Source of the DNA: Phoronis australis
Lineage: Eukaryota > Animalia > Phoronida
Assembly: GCA_002633005.1 (NCBI GenBank)
Contig: NMRA01000780.1
Location: 1 to 64,000 of the forward strand
Direction: 5' to 3'
DNA: 64,000 nt
Positions 27,401 through 39,364 of this stretch are shown here, in pieces (the first letter of the stretch is position 1; each line of letters starts with the position of its first letter). The position numbers and the translations under genes were made by a program. Under the pieces are notes generated by a model. That model was not told the origin of the DNA and searched no databases. It saw only the letters and a program-made list of their open reading frames with translations.

Positions 27401-30400
27401 TAAAAAAATGCAGGTTAGTGAAAAATAATTCCATCATCGGGTGACACTTCATTCCTTTACATAAATGGTTGACGATTTCACAAAAAAGGAAAAAAATAGT
27501 CAAATGATACCTTCCTTTGGTCCCCTTACGTGAGTGGAAAACGATATAAATAAGAGCAGGAAAAGGGTGTCCTCCAAAAGATTAGCAAGTTCAAAATCAG
27601 AATGGGATTTTGCACTTCTATTACATGTTTCGCTGGGTCTCTTTTCTCGACTGCACTCTGCACCACATCTACATGTATGCCGATTATTGGCTCCATCTGG
27701 CGTTTGCATTTTGTTCGGGGTACGTGCCCCATCGTTCCTATGGACCGGCAATGCCATAAAGACCAACACAGCACCCGTAGATGTATAAACGCAGCACATA
27801 ACTGCTGCCGACTGAATAGGTTTGTATAGAGAGAAAAACTCACCTGAACTAATTTGATGGCTGTAAATGCGTGCCTTCCAGGTGATACAGCAATACCAAA
27901 GTCTCGAACCATTGGGACTTCTTTTTGATCGTGGACGAGAAGCTTTATTCCTGCTGTACTCTGTGGTCCTGGCATATATTCATACTGTTCACAGTTCAGA
28001 GTGAGGCGAAGACCGTTGTTGGCCCCTACATGTAGGTAAACCCTTGTAACAAGCAAGTTGCGAGTGCACATGCAAGCGATTAGTGAATTTCAAAACAAAT
28101 TTATATACACCGATGCATCTGGTGTCGATAACAAGCAATATCAAAATGGTCGCCTAGATTTGACTGTATTTTTTGGATTTCTGGGCATTTGATCTCTGTA
28201 GGAAACATCTTCAGCCAAGTTCTGGGTGACTGATTTTGATTATATGTTTAGAATGTGCTTTTCAGTTCAATCTTAATTCGTGGATTCTTGTGATACCTGT
28301 GTTTCTAGTCATGCACAATGAAAACCCACCTGCTGACGTTATCATTTTGGTTCCGTTGCCCTTGTCTTTATGATTGAAAGAGAAGCAAACGCCATGGTCA
28401 GTCATTATGTATTCAAAGTCCTCAACACTGCAATTTTCCCCTTGCCACTTACATCTGAAGCATAAAAGTCCAACATGCACAGTTGAAAGCAACTAGATTT
28501 TGAAATCTACAAATGTACACGAACCTGTGCTACAAATTAAGCATAAATCGTCACGAGAACCGTGACTTTATGTCACGTCTGTGACGTTGTAACTAAAGAG
28601 GACGACGTAGGCTGTAACATGTCACACACGGAGTTGCTGGGAGCTCGCCCTCCAACTTCTTGCTAAAACCAAAACGGCTCCGGTACGGGCTAATGCAAGG
28701 GTATGTCCTGCTACAATTGAGGTCAGCTCCTCGCAACATCGTCGATCCACCACCTCCTATTTTACTGCCATTTCCACAAGCGACCGTTTTACTGACATGC
28801 TCACGAGAACCCACAAGGCAGAATGACTTACTCCTGGAAATGACCACAAATACTGACGCAATAGGAAACGAGAACCGGAAGGTAAGCGTTGACTTTAGAG
28901 TAAGAGAATAGACGAAAGCTGTAAGCTCACCCAGCTATCAAGTCTGTTTTCTTATGAGCTGCCCATGTCCATAGTTGTTCCGATGTCAAGTTGTGGATTC
29001 TGTACTTTTTAGCGTTGGAAAACACTAGCGACTTATTCCACAAGTCGACAATCATCTGATACCAACCCAGTTCTTGTGCTTTGGAGAGTCTACAGAAAGT
29101 AAAATGTTAATCCTTAAGTTAATAAAAATTCCCGTTTATGAGGAATGTACATGTAATGGTCGTGTTTGTTTCTACAGTGTGTGTAATGCTTGTGCACAAA
29201 TATGGCATCGACAAACTTCTGTTGCTTGTTCGATTTGCATGCGCATATGCAGTAGATTTGTTTTGTCGACTGAGGACGTTACTCCGTATCGTAATTATGG
29301 AAGGCGCTATGATCAAAGACCTCTAGCCCTGGTATGACAACTCGATCTCGCGACCTCTAAAGATTACCCGCGTACGTGTGAGAGTTGTTTGCATCTGTTT
29401 GCTTCAGTGTTTTCTACTGTGTACTTGTCATGGAATTTACTTTGATTAAAACTTTTTGCAACTCCGCCATTTCTCAAACGAATTGCATAAGAGCCATATC
29501 ATTAGAAAACCATTTGCCAGTTATTGATGATTATACAAGAACCAAAAGAAAAATAATTTACTTCATGAGTACCTATCATTTCACATACATGGTTTTAAAA
29601 ATTAATTCTAAAACCCAAGACAGACACCAAAATGCGAAAAATAATAGCGTGTAATAATAACATCAAACAGAAAATGAACCAGAGAGATTATATATGACTA
29701 GTTAAGCCACTAGGGATATAATGTCAAAGATTCAAAAGATTTCTACCCTATAAAGACAAAGATTTTACAAAATGGATCACCAGCACTTGCAGTGGATAAA
29801 AACAGGCATTCATCCAAAATTATACACCTTCATATATTATGATTAATTGGACCTTTGCTGCCATTTATTCAGTGAAAATTCAAAAATGCAGGGACATCTA
29901 CGAAAAATTCGATAAACTATTCTAAGTAACTATCCGAAATTTGCAGATAAAAGTTTTCTAATGAACAAAAAATATGTAAATATCTATCATGTAGCTTTGA
30001 AATGTACCGTGGATAGCTCATCTTATTGGTTGCAGTGTAAGACTTTCCATATACGTCAAGAAACTAAACTCTTTTTTGAAGAAAGTAACAGTTATTGATC
30101 CTGATACATACATGTACGTGTATAGTCTGATTTGCAAAACAAGATACATTGAAACACATCTTTACCATTGTAATGTTACTTAACAAAGCTAACTCAGGAA
30201 AATAGCGACATTCATAAAAAGAGACAATGTTATTTTGAACACCTGTTGCATAGTTGTCAAGGTCAACAATCAAGAACAACAAAATGGAATAACTGGTTTG
30301 AAAAATGGGAATTCAGGATAAAAGGCGATTCATCTGGGTCTAAGCCAAAACCTAAGGATGAATTGTTCGCTGAAACATACTAAGAAGTACCGACAGCCTT

Positions 30401-32547
30401 TCTTATCGAACGAGCAATGTAACTCCCAAACTTGCTCGATAGCGTGTGTTGTTGTTGTTTTGCAGTTGAATGGAAAATTTGCGGGGCGGCTAAATACAAT
30501 GAAACGTCCCGTTTTTTTTCTTTTTAGTCGATGGGGAAAGAAATTACAATAGTATATGATGATACATGTTTGTGTGTCAAAAAGCGGGACATTTAGATGG
30601 TGTGGTGGGACGGCAGTAACAATTCAAACAAGTGGAACATTACTCCAAGAACGGGGCGATTGGCGAAGACACTGAACGCTGCCAGTAGCACGACGTGCTG
30701 TATTGGGTTCTCTTACAGAGTCAACATTATTCACTGGTATAGGTGAATATTAAATATACAGTACATTGTAACAGTAGGCCTAATACTAAGAAATCGAATT
30801 AATCAAAAACGACATCTGGGCAACATGTAATATTGCACAAATGAAATAATTATTCAAACAAAGCATACAAACACTAGACACGGGGTCGCAAGCTCTAATA
30901 ATGGGTCCCGTGTGGGAGTTGGCATACCAGAGCTAGAGTTCTATGCGATCAATTCCATAATTTCCTGTCACCAAGTGATAAGAACTGAGGAAGGATGCCT
31001 CATAAATCGTTTCATTTTAGGAAACACGGTGAAAGATGAGTACAGAATTGTCCTAGCAATGCTACGTGTATAAAATAAACCTTTAAATTTGAAAACGATA
31101 ACATTACGCCTTCGTGCAAATGTATTTTCAGTCAACTCTAGGATAATTAATCTTACTTGAAAGTGTTCTGGTTGCAGATGGTTACAGCCGGAAACATGAT
31201 GGAGTCATTGTAGTTCATTTTTATGTCCACGCTCATTGGCCAGGCGTAATAATTTTGAAGACAGCCGCAGACCTGATAGAAGAAAATTGCCATTCCAACG
31301 GTAACAGCCAAAGCCCAAAGACATCTACAACAGATGGCGACACACATATCTGTACACTGTAGTCATCCGGGTATTGACACTTCAACTTTACTGGACTGTC
31401 TTGAGTCTTTTAAAGTGACATAGAACGTGGAAAACAGATTAAATTGCATTACTTAAAGCTGCCTTCCGCCACCGAAACAGAAGTCAAACTGTTCACGAAG
31501 TATTTCTACGGTTTGTTCGTACAATTTCTAAATTCCCGTTGATCTCAACAAATTTTTGCTTTAGTTTCAAATTTCAAAAAAAACAATCTGCAAACTGCTT
31601 GTCACTACTTCGTCGATTTTTCTCCCACAAGACAAAGTACATTTCCGATATTCAAACTGAATAACTCTCGCGTTGGCTTCCCCAAGAAATAGATTCACCA
31701 CGATCTGCTTAAAACGGGTTTCGCGTTCCATGCCTATTTACATGTAGCTGTCACTAATGGTGATACTGGTGATGGGCGATGTGTACTTTTTACCATTGGT
31801 TACCAATAGTAACAAATACCACTAACCCCACTTGAAAAAGCATCAAATTGCTATTTACATTACTCATCGAAGCCATCTGATACCGATCAGAATCAACAAT
31901 TAAAGTAATGAGGTTTTTGATGGGGCACGTTTTAACTCGACAACTGCTTCCAATATCCTGAGGGTCTAAGGACCTATTGTACATTACAGTTATTTCTAAT
32001 CTATTTTATTTTCATTTTTGTGTGAAAATAGTAACATCCAATGTTCTAATTAAAAACTGTAATTTTTATAATCATCATCGTTGCCGCCCTCACTAATATA
32101 TCCGCCATGAAAATATTGTAGGGCTATGGACTCCGTATGGCCTGTTTGTAATTCTGGTGCCAGTTCAATTCAATCGTTATGGACGTGTGTTATTTTCGGA
32201 AAAGATTTGAAATAAGATACTGAGGTTCATTTCAAATTCGACGTCCGTTGATGTATCACTGAAACTAATATTGATAGAATATATTTAGTCAATGGAAGTG
32301 TACAGTAGATCGTCAAAATCTAGAGTAGAGTTAAAAACACGAAATCAAACGAATAGAAGAGGCGTCAAAACAAATATGTGCTGACGAGCATTACTGAGGA
32401 TTTTTTTAAAAGTGGTCCAAAGTTAATAGGGAAATAATAATGATAACTAATAAATACACAAACATGTACATGTATGAACAAATTAGATTACATATTAATA
32501 AACCAAAAACAACAATAAATTGTCAATATATAATAAAGGAAAAATTA

Positions 32548-32592
<45 letters not shown>

Positions 32593-32731
32593 GTATATAT
32601 CACTACAATTTGGCAGTAATCTTTCTCCTATACATATTTCATTGAACACACGACTTTGATCTGTTTTTACAAGTTTAATTTCTGTTCTTTCGAATCTAGT
32701 AAAAACAGATCAAAGTCATGTCTTCAATGAA

Positions 32732-32799
<68 letters not shown>

Positions 32800-34179
32800 A
32801 GATGAAACATTTAATGACTACAAAGAATCGAAAGATGTGTGCAACTACAGCACTCCATTGGTAAGTTGTGGCGTCACCCAACCATTCTGTACATTGATAA
32901 ATAAATGTAAGCTTTGTACTGTACTAATTCCTTGCTCGTGGTAACAGTCAATGTTTCTTTCGCGAAAAAGTCAGAGTAGAATATCTCCGCTTGATAACCA
33001 CCAATTTAGAAAAACGACACCCGCTAGTCACTTATTTCTGTTTTTCTTTTATGATCTCAATTCCATCGAGTAACACACTAAGACATGGAATGAAAGCCAA
33101 GTACTCATTAGTCCAAAGTAAGCCATTCCAATAGTTTATTTTCAACAATGGAAGCATCTAAACACGTGATATTTTTAATTTACTTTAACTAAAGCAAATT
33201 AAACCCGCGTTTCGTGCAAGAAAATTACTTTTGAGTTAAACGACAACCGCAAAAATCAGTCTCAACTTGATTTTTGTTCATACGTCCCCCACCGGAAACT
33301 AGGTCGCAAGCTCGTCGCATAGAGATTGGTAGATTGGCGTATTCATTGATCACTTTGTTTTTCTTAGGTATGATGAACATAATTGCAAGCGTTTATCGGT
33401 AACCGACTGATGTGTGCTACCTGTATTGTTATAACCAACGAAGACGCGACAAAGGAAACAGTTGTAGTGTCCCAGAGGTGATAACCATGCGAAGCGCTAC
33501 CGCAGGTCGTATGGATGTTGCACGTTAAAAACTAACTTGCGACTTCCATACGACGTACCGGTTCGTCACTGCTCTACAAATAAAATGACACGCTGGTCTA
33601 TGGCAATACCTGGAATCACCCCATTTTGACTAAGCACCAATTCGAGGTCGATTTCATAACAGTAAGTGGTATAAATCAAATCTTATTTTTGTGACAGAAG
33701 ACTGGTGGTGTTTATACGTGTAGCGTTTTAAATACACAATTACAACTGGATGCATTTGGGCATTGACGTCCTTGGCCAAAAAAACGATACATTTAGACTT
33801 CCCTAGTGAGAGTTATCTCAATGACAGAGAGAGAAGATATTCATTCGGTTAGTATCAGCTCATATTTTTACTTTTCGAGAAACTTCGTGCAAAATGTTAT
33901 TGTCATGACGTTGCAAATTACAACTCACCAAAATTAGATTATTTTCCGATTCACAGCAACAGAATCTAATAGCACCGAACATTTCGAAACATGTGAAAAC
34001 ATCAATCTAAAAATAATACGCCGTCAACCATAACCTCACCGTCTCACAAACCATGCCTTCTTCTCAAAGACGTAACGTATGCCATGGATTGTTGTTGCCT
34101 GACTGAAATCAAACCAAATCTTCGCCCAGCTTCGTACTGTAGAGACTGTCGCCTCTTCTTTCTCAATGTCTCCGTCCAT
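15234..34179 (-). CDS. Gene A (whole span): DEG/ENaC, ASIC-like channel subunit with giant extracellular insertion; 10 coding exons, ~963 aa
   Basis: Exons 34040-34179, 31157-31324, 28931-29089, 28330-28454, 27844-28025, 24880-25045 (or copy 21592-21757), 22906-22962 (or copy 19607-19663), 17308-18889, 17032-17123, 15234-15454. All have GT-AG boundaries and matching phases; they sum to 2892 nt. Motifs: TTIHG, FPAVTICNQN, CKWQG, TDHGVCFSFN, GLRLTLN, GDIGGSMGLFVGAS. Confidence 0.93.
17032..17123 (-). CDS. Gene A exon 9: beta11-beta12
   Basis: NNIIQVDVYLQDLSYEHIKQQNAYDMVSLF(G); resembles ASIC 'ENILVLDIFFE.LNYETIEQKKAYE'; 92 nt. Confidence 0.93.
17308..18889 (-). CDS. Gene A exon 8: end of thumb (CPLPC), beta10, then ~490-aa helical insertion
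   Basis: 1582-nt open exon (ORF 17304..18878); TTTTTTGTAG acceptor, GTAAGC donor, phase 1-2. Begins HDGVQKPRNDTDLCPLPCSRIVVEPQVSLAQM and ends GNELGESFVK. Confidence 0.94.
19607..19663 (-). CDS. Gene A exon 7, second (duplicated) copy
   Basis: Identical to 22906-22962. Confidence 0.8.
21592..21757 (-). CDS. Gene A exon 6, second (duplicated) copy
   Basis: Near-identical to 24880-25045 (RKDTHG vs RKNTHG plus silent changes); splice sites intact. Confidence 0.8.
22906..22962 (-). CDS. Gene A exon 7 (57-nt thumb exon), upstream copy
   Basis: (V)PICPLPTLLKLWAKAARD; pyrimidine-rich TAAG acceptor, GTGAGT donor, phase 1-1. Homologous 57-nt exon found in gene B. Confidence 0.85.
24880..25045 (-). 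CDS. Gene A exon 6 (thumb), upstream copy
   Basis: MTNIEPPHGKCKRNQKLKYYHYYSIPACKINRKLEEMRKNTHGCRYAYMGDGKNE; CAG acceptor, GTAAG donor; 166 nt. Confidence 0.9.
26530..27045 (+). mobile_element. Decayed LINE 3' end
   Basis: DAHYLIACPVYNTEREQL (H...CP.Y...R motif), followed by a T-rich 3' UTR and AATAAA. Confidence 0.55.
27844..28025 (-). CDS. Gene A exon 5: palm/beta-ball
   Basis: GANNGLRLTLNCEQYEYMPGPQSTAGIKLLVHDQKEVPMVRDFGIAVSPGRHAFTAIKLVQ; 182 nt, same size as the gene B exon. Confidence 0.96.
28330..28454 (-). CDS. Gene A exon 4
   Basis: CKWQGENCSVEDFEYIMTDHGVCFSFNHKDKGNGTKMITSA(G); matches the DEG/ENaC 'T..G.C..FN' motif; 125 nt. Confidence 0.95.
28931..29089 (-). CDS. Gene A exon 3: short finger domain
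   Basis: LSKAQELGWYQMIVDLWNKSLVFSNAKKYRIHNLTSEQLWTWAAHKKTDLIAG; phase 2-2, 159 nt. The end resembles the family 'GH..EDM' motif before CKW. Not in the ORF track. Confidence 0.88.
31157..31324 (-). CDS. Gene A exon 2: TM1 and post-TM1 motif
   Basis: CLWALAVTVGMAIFFYQVCGCLQNYYAWPMSVDIKMNYNDSIMFPAVTICNQNTFK; TGTAG acceptor, GTAAGA donor; 168 nt. Confidence 0.95.
32550..32600. repeat. (AT)n microsatellite
   Basis: Direct reading. Confidence 0.95.
32735..32795. repeat. (GT)n microsatellite
   Basis: About 30 perfect TG units. Confidence 0.98.
34040..34179 (-). CDS. Gene A exon 1: N-terminus with HG gating motif
   Basis: Translates MDGDIEKEEATVSTVRSWAKIWFDFSQATTIHGIRYVFEKKAWFVR(R), then donor GTGAGG, phase 2. 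Not in the ORF track. Confidence 0.9.
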
Positions 34180-35077
34180 AGTCGTTTTCAATTGGACATA
34201 AAAGCATCAACTCACTGAGACATTGCCAAAGAGTGAACATTTTATATACAAATGGCCATACATATAGTACATGTATACTTGTGGATAACTTGGTCATTCT
34301 TTATTGCCATGGGTGTCATATTTCCATTACCGTGAAATAATTAGATTTTCAAACCATGAAAAATGAAACTCTGTATCGCTGGGAATGATTAGATTTTATA
34401 TTGATATTCCATTGATAATGCCAAACGAGTTACGGACATTTGACATGGCAAAATTGTCAAGTATGCTTTTAAAAATTGGTCTCTGGACACCACATGTATA
34501 GTGCAATGTAATTCACTGCGCATCATTTTCCGGAATCTAAATAATGCATTTCGTTTACTTACATGTACAAGTACTCGCATTGCCTGGCAACAGTTCGAGG
34601 AAAACCCCAAAGCGGAAAATTGGAAAACGGCATAATGTACTTTGGAAACTGGGTGACGTGTTACCAAGGGGAAATGCATCTTAAGAATAAGTAGTGCTTG
34701 GAAGATGCCTACTTGAAAGTACATATTTGGAAAATGAAATAATGATTACAAGCGGACTTGTACTGTCACTGACTCACCTGGCTGGCTACAGCAGTCTTTG
34801 CTTGACTCACCTTCGTTGACGTTGCCTGCTTATGCTTCTTTGCAGAATTACACGCAATTGCCTGTAGTGATAGTCTCCTTGTGGGGATTTATATTTACTT
34901 TGCATGTTTTGTGCGTATTTTGACGTAATAACTTGTTGACAACGTTTGTTGAGATAATCCTACCACAATTCATTGGCGGATCTGGGATGTTGTAAAGGGG
35001 ATAATGGGATTGGGGCAAGCACAAATTCGGATCATGAAAGGAAAGTGATCTAGCAACCCTAAAATTGTGTGCAGTGG

Positions 35078-35844
35078 TGTCAGAATATAGTCTGACAGTA
35101 TTATTAGTTGTATTGTTTTGTTCTGTTATTCCGTTTGATTGGCATGAACCCTGAGTTAAGTACAATGATGATGTAATTTGTTTACTACAGAATAGTATGG
35201 AACTTTGTAGAAGACTGAGGTCAGAACAGTGATGATGTAATTTGTTTACTACATTATAGTGAGGAACTTTCTAGAAGACTGTAGCATGACAATGATTAAT
35301 GCAGTCTGGAATATTCTAGAGACTAGTACATGTTTGTAGAATGATTGGGTAGGTTCCAGAAAGTTCTGGTATGTGCTTGAATTGATGAAAAGTTCTAGAA
35401 CAATGCATTAGGCTATAAATACACAAGCACGGGTTTGTGTTAGTCAGTTGAGTCCAAGAAGATCAAGTCTGGAGATCAAGAGAAGATCAAGTCAGTTCAA
35501 GTAAGTCAATCAGGAGAACTACAGTTGAGTTGCAGTGAAGAGAATCAGCAGTTACAGCGATAGTCAATAGAGAGCCAGCTATAGAGACAGCAGGTTATTG
35601 AACCAACGAGTGTAACAGTTGCTGGAAGTATCTCAAAGTTCATCACAAGTCCAGGCTTCGCAGCACTGGCTGGAGCATAAACAGACATTACGTCGGACGT
35701 TTTGTTTGAGTAGGCTTGTGAACGTACGGTCGGGATTAATAAAGGATTAACTCGAACCAGTCTTCAGTCAATCTTCGCACCGAAAGCTATTAGCACCGGT
35801 CTGTAACAACCTGCGCCCACCCACACACGGGGAAAAACGTGACA
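35078..35844 (+). mobile_element. Solo LTR (767 bp)
   Basis: TGTCA...TGACA termini; 5-bp TSD AGTGG (35073-35077, 35845-35849); TATAAAT at ~35414, AATAAA at ~35738; internal ~65-bp tandem repeat at 35165-35281. Confidence 0.9.
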
Positions 35845-38572
35845 AGTGGGTGCTTTTGTTGGTACACGAAGGGAGATGACTGACCCCCACCCCTTTAAAA
35901 TCCCCACACTATTCTCTACTTCAAATAATTTCAGAAGCAAAAATCTTCACTATTTCGTGTTTTGAGTAAGCATTGTACATGTAGGTCTCATTTACAAGAC
36001 TTTTTTGTTCTCAATCTATCGACAGTTCAAAATACACTGAATTTTAACTGAGTTGCTTCTGCTGATGGCCCTGTCACACTAAACCTGGTGATGAACCGGA
36101 GTGGGGATGGGTTGAAACGGACATTCTAACTGGGCAAAAATATCGCTTCCGTCCACAGGGCTCCTACTACGATTGGCAGCTTTTAGTCCCATTTTGTTTT
36201 TGTCCTTATTTTACTCTATTTTTGTAAAAAATTTCAAAAAGTGGGTTGGGTTTCTGCAGGAGTATCGTTACATATGACGGCAGTTGAGTGATTACCCACG
36301 GCGGCAATTTTAGGTGGTGATGTTCCATCAAAATTAAACTTTAAGTCATATTACATTCATTTGAGTAAATATTTGAGGTTATTTTGAATGATCATTGTTT
36401 AAAGTTATGTTTCGATTGAACTGACTTGAGTTAAAAGCCATTTTATGAAGTTTTTTAATAAAAATGAAGCGTAATGAGTGTCTTTAATTGAACGTTTTCC
36501 GTCGAGTTTTCTGTGGCGATTGCTGAAATCATGTGCGTCCTAAGATGACCATGGGAAGCAAGGTATCCCTTGTGTGCTAGGGTTGGGGGTTTTTGCCCCA
36601 AGATTTTTGTTTTCGAATGAGTTATGCTTAGTGTCACGAAATACAATCCAATCACGTTGTTTCAGAATTAAAACTAATAGTTTAAAAATCACGACATTTG
36701 TTGTTTACTGATGTCAGTACAGTGAATGGCCTTGAAATTCCTAAAGCTTACAGGTACATGTAGCAACGCATGACACGTATGTGGCCACTACATCCGATGA
36801 GCCTGACTCGCTCTTTAACTCTTGCAACACCAATTCCTCTCCATTGATATTCCTCCCCAAATAAGGACCTTCTCGGAGTTTGTCATGACATCATTAAAGG
36901 AGATTGTTCCAACTGTTTTTCATTAGTAGCAGCAGTGTACAAGCTCGGCATGCGGCCATACTCCCGTTTCCGACGCTATTGACCATTAAGCCAGTCTCAT
37001 ATTTGTATATTTATCGGTCCAGATGTAACGGTGTTGCTTTGCCTTATGTTACCTGGTTTCCTGGAGCACTTTCAACGTTATCTCATCCCGCTACTAAATA
37101 TCTCACAAATTCTCTTATATTAAGGTTATGTTGGACTTCATAGACAAGTCTGTGCATTCGACTAAAACTGTCTAAAACCATAGATTTTAATTCGGTAAAA
37201 GGGCTTAGATGTTTCAATGGTAGAAACTCTGTAGAATTTGTTTGACTTTTTACCAGTGTGCCATTAACTGGGTCACGTGACCATGACGCTACACTGAAAA
37301 GCCAGCAGGGATAAAGACATTTTTAATTACATTGTTTCCACGCATGTTACATTGTGGATAAGTGAATACACTTTCAGTCGATTCCCAAACGAATGTTGAA
37401 ATAACCTTAAGTGTCTCGATCACCTCAAGTTAAAACTTTTTCTCAATCGATTTTAATCACCACCTGTCCAGTGTGTTGCGTACACTTTGAAAACGGAACA
37501 TCGATAGGAGGCATTTTGCCCCAACAATGTACCAAAACAACCCTTTTCATGTTGTGATTAAGCCACTTCTAAGGTACATACATGTATGATCTTAACCAAC
37601 CTTTCATTTGAATTTGCGATTTTACAATTAGTGATGATTGTGTACAAATAGCATCTAAATCTGTATCTATGCAGGTTATCACTCGTCCAGTGGCGGAGTA
37701 TGATACGAAAAGGTTTTACCATTGTCCTGGACTTTCGTGAACAGAGGTGTCGTCTATCACGCACGAGAGTTCAAAGTTTATCGCCGTTTACCTCAGGGTG
37801 GTCAGACGGAAACGAGTACCGCAGTACGACAAAACGTAGTCAACAAACCGTTGCTTTCAATTGGCAAATAAAGCCAAGAATTGTCATATTCCACCACTTA
37901 CCGGTTTTATCATTCTTGTTGTGTTTTGTAACTATGCTGTGTCATCAGTTTACAAAATGCAGTCGACCGTGAAGATAGATTCCTGTGTATTGCATCTACA
38001 AATAAACAAATTTGTTTTCTGTTTGAAGACAGTAATGAAACAATTAATTGTGTCATTTATTGACCCCTTGTTGATATAATACATGCACTTGGAACAACAC
38101 CAAAATCGTCTGCCATAACATTTAACTAAGAACTCTACAAATTTACATATCCGCACCTATGTTATTTTTTATTTTTAATGTTGCAGGCGTAACTACACTC
38201 TCACCATGTATTGTTCTCCATACAAAAATCGAGCTTTGATTATGTTCTAACAGTTTTTTTTGCTTTACATTGTAACTTGAAACAAGTCCTGTTAAGTGCT
38301 GTAAATTCCTGCGAAAGAGGGAGCCATCTTTAATTCCAAGATGGCGGGTTAAACAGGAGATAGCTTTGGATACCGAACCTTACTTGATTTGTGGGTTTAT
38401 ATTGTACAAAGATAAAACCCGAGGTTCGTATGATGTATTAAAAGCTTCTGACGTGACAGTATAAACATCTAACATATAGCATGCAAGTGAACCCATTCGA
38501 CCAATCAGAATGTGCGCCAAATATAAAACTAACCAATGGGGAAGATTAGCTAGGGCTGGGATGATTTGTAAA

Positions 38573-38702
38573 TATATGTCAAGAGGTAGCAATTAATAAC
38601 TTTAAACTGAACACATACAGGAAATACCTAAGCTAAATATATGTCAAGAGGTAACAATTAATAACTTGAACTGAACATGTACAGGAAGTACCTAAACTAA
38701 AT
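38573..38702. repeat. Two-copy ~65-bp tandem repeat
   Basis: atatatgtcaagaggta.caattaataactt...aggaa.tacctaa.ctaa present twice. Confidence 0.8.
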
Positions 38703-39125
38703 AAACCAAGAAAACCTGTCACAAACACATTCCAATATGATTCCACATACAATAAGGCACCTGTATATCACTGTTCATGCTTTTATCGAAACGTATGCAG
38801 TTCGCCAAAATGTTAACTCTTAGCCGCTATACCATAGTAGTCAAAATCAAGCGTGCAACTTTTTACAACAGTGATGACATTATAATATCTTTCCATAACA
38901 TATGCTAAAAATATTCGACATGAAGTAACCGTGCTCAATTACTAAGAATGTGTTCGATATATACTATATCTGTACTAGTCTACCAGTAGTAAATCTGTAC
39001 AATGTACGTTTCACTGTGTCGTGAACAGACACCTCCTAAGACTCACATGCCATCATCTAGTGTACATGTTTACGATAACCTGATTTTTTAAAAACCTGGG
39101 CGCGCTAGCCCCCGCAGCAATCAAT

Positions 39126-39364
39126 CTAACATTCATTTTCAGTAATCGAAACATCGTTGGCAGGTTCCACTTTATTGGGGTGAACGTCACCATTTCTATC
39201 TTGAAACATTTTAGGTTTCCATCTGATGACTGAGAAGCGGAGTCGTAAGTTCCTGCTACAGTTTGGGAAAATCGCCAGGAAGTGATGGATAGCCGCGTCC
39301 ACAATTTCGAATAGTGTGAGGCACGATGCTCCGACAAATAATCCCATAGATCCTCCGATGTCAC
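39126..39364 (-). CDS. Gene B exon 10: TM2, GAS filter, stop
   Basis: GDIGGSMGLFVGASCLTLFEIVDAAIHHFLAIFPNC...TENEC*. Confidence 0.96.

Larger units (their letters stand above)
19509..27705. repeat. Direct duplication (19509-22806 vs 22808-27705) across a single N; probable haplotype duplication
   Basis: Identical for the first ~0.9 kb, then scattered SNPs/indels. The right copy has an extra 1621 bp (25757-27377). The junction is the N at 22807. Confidence 0.9.

Noticed and set aside
28593-28911. Overlapping 83-84 aa ORFs in gene A intron 3
   Set aside because: No recognisable motif, and exons 3 and 4 already join in phase without them.
32738-32944. ORF starting MCVCVCV
   Set aside because: Translation of a (GT)n microsatellite.
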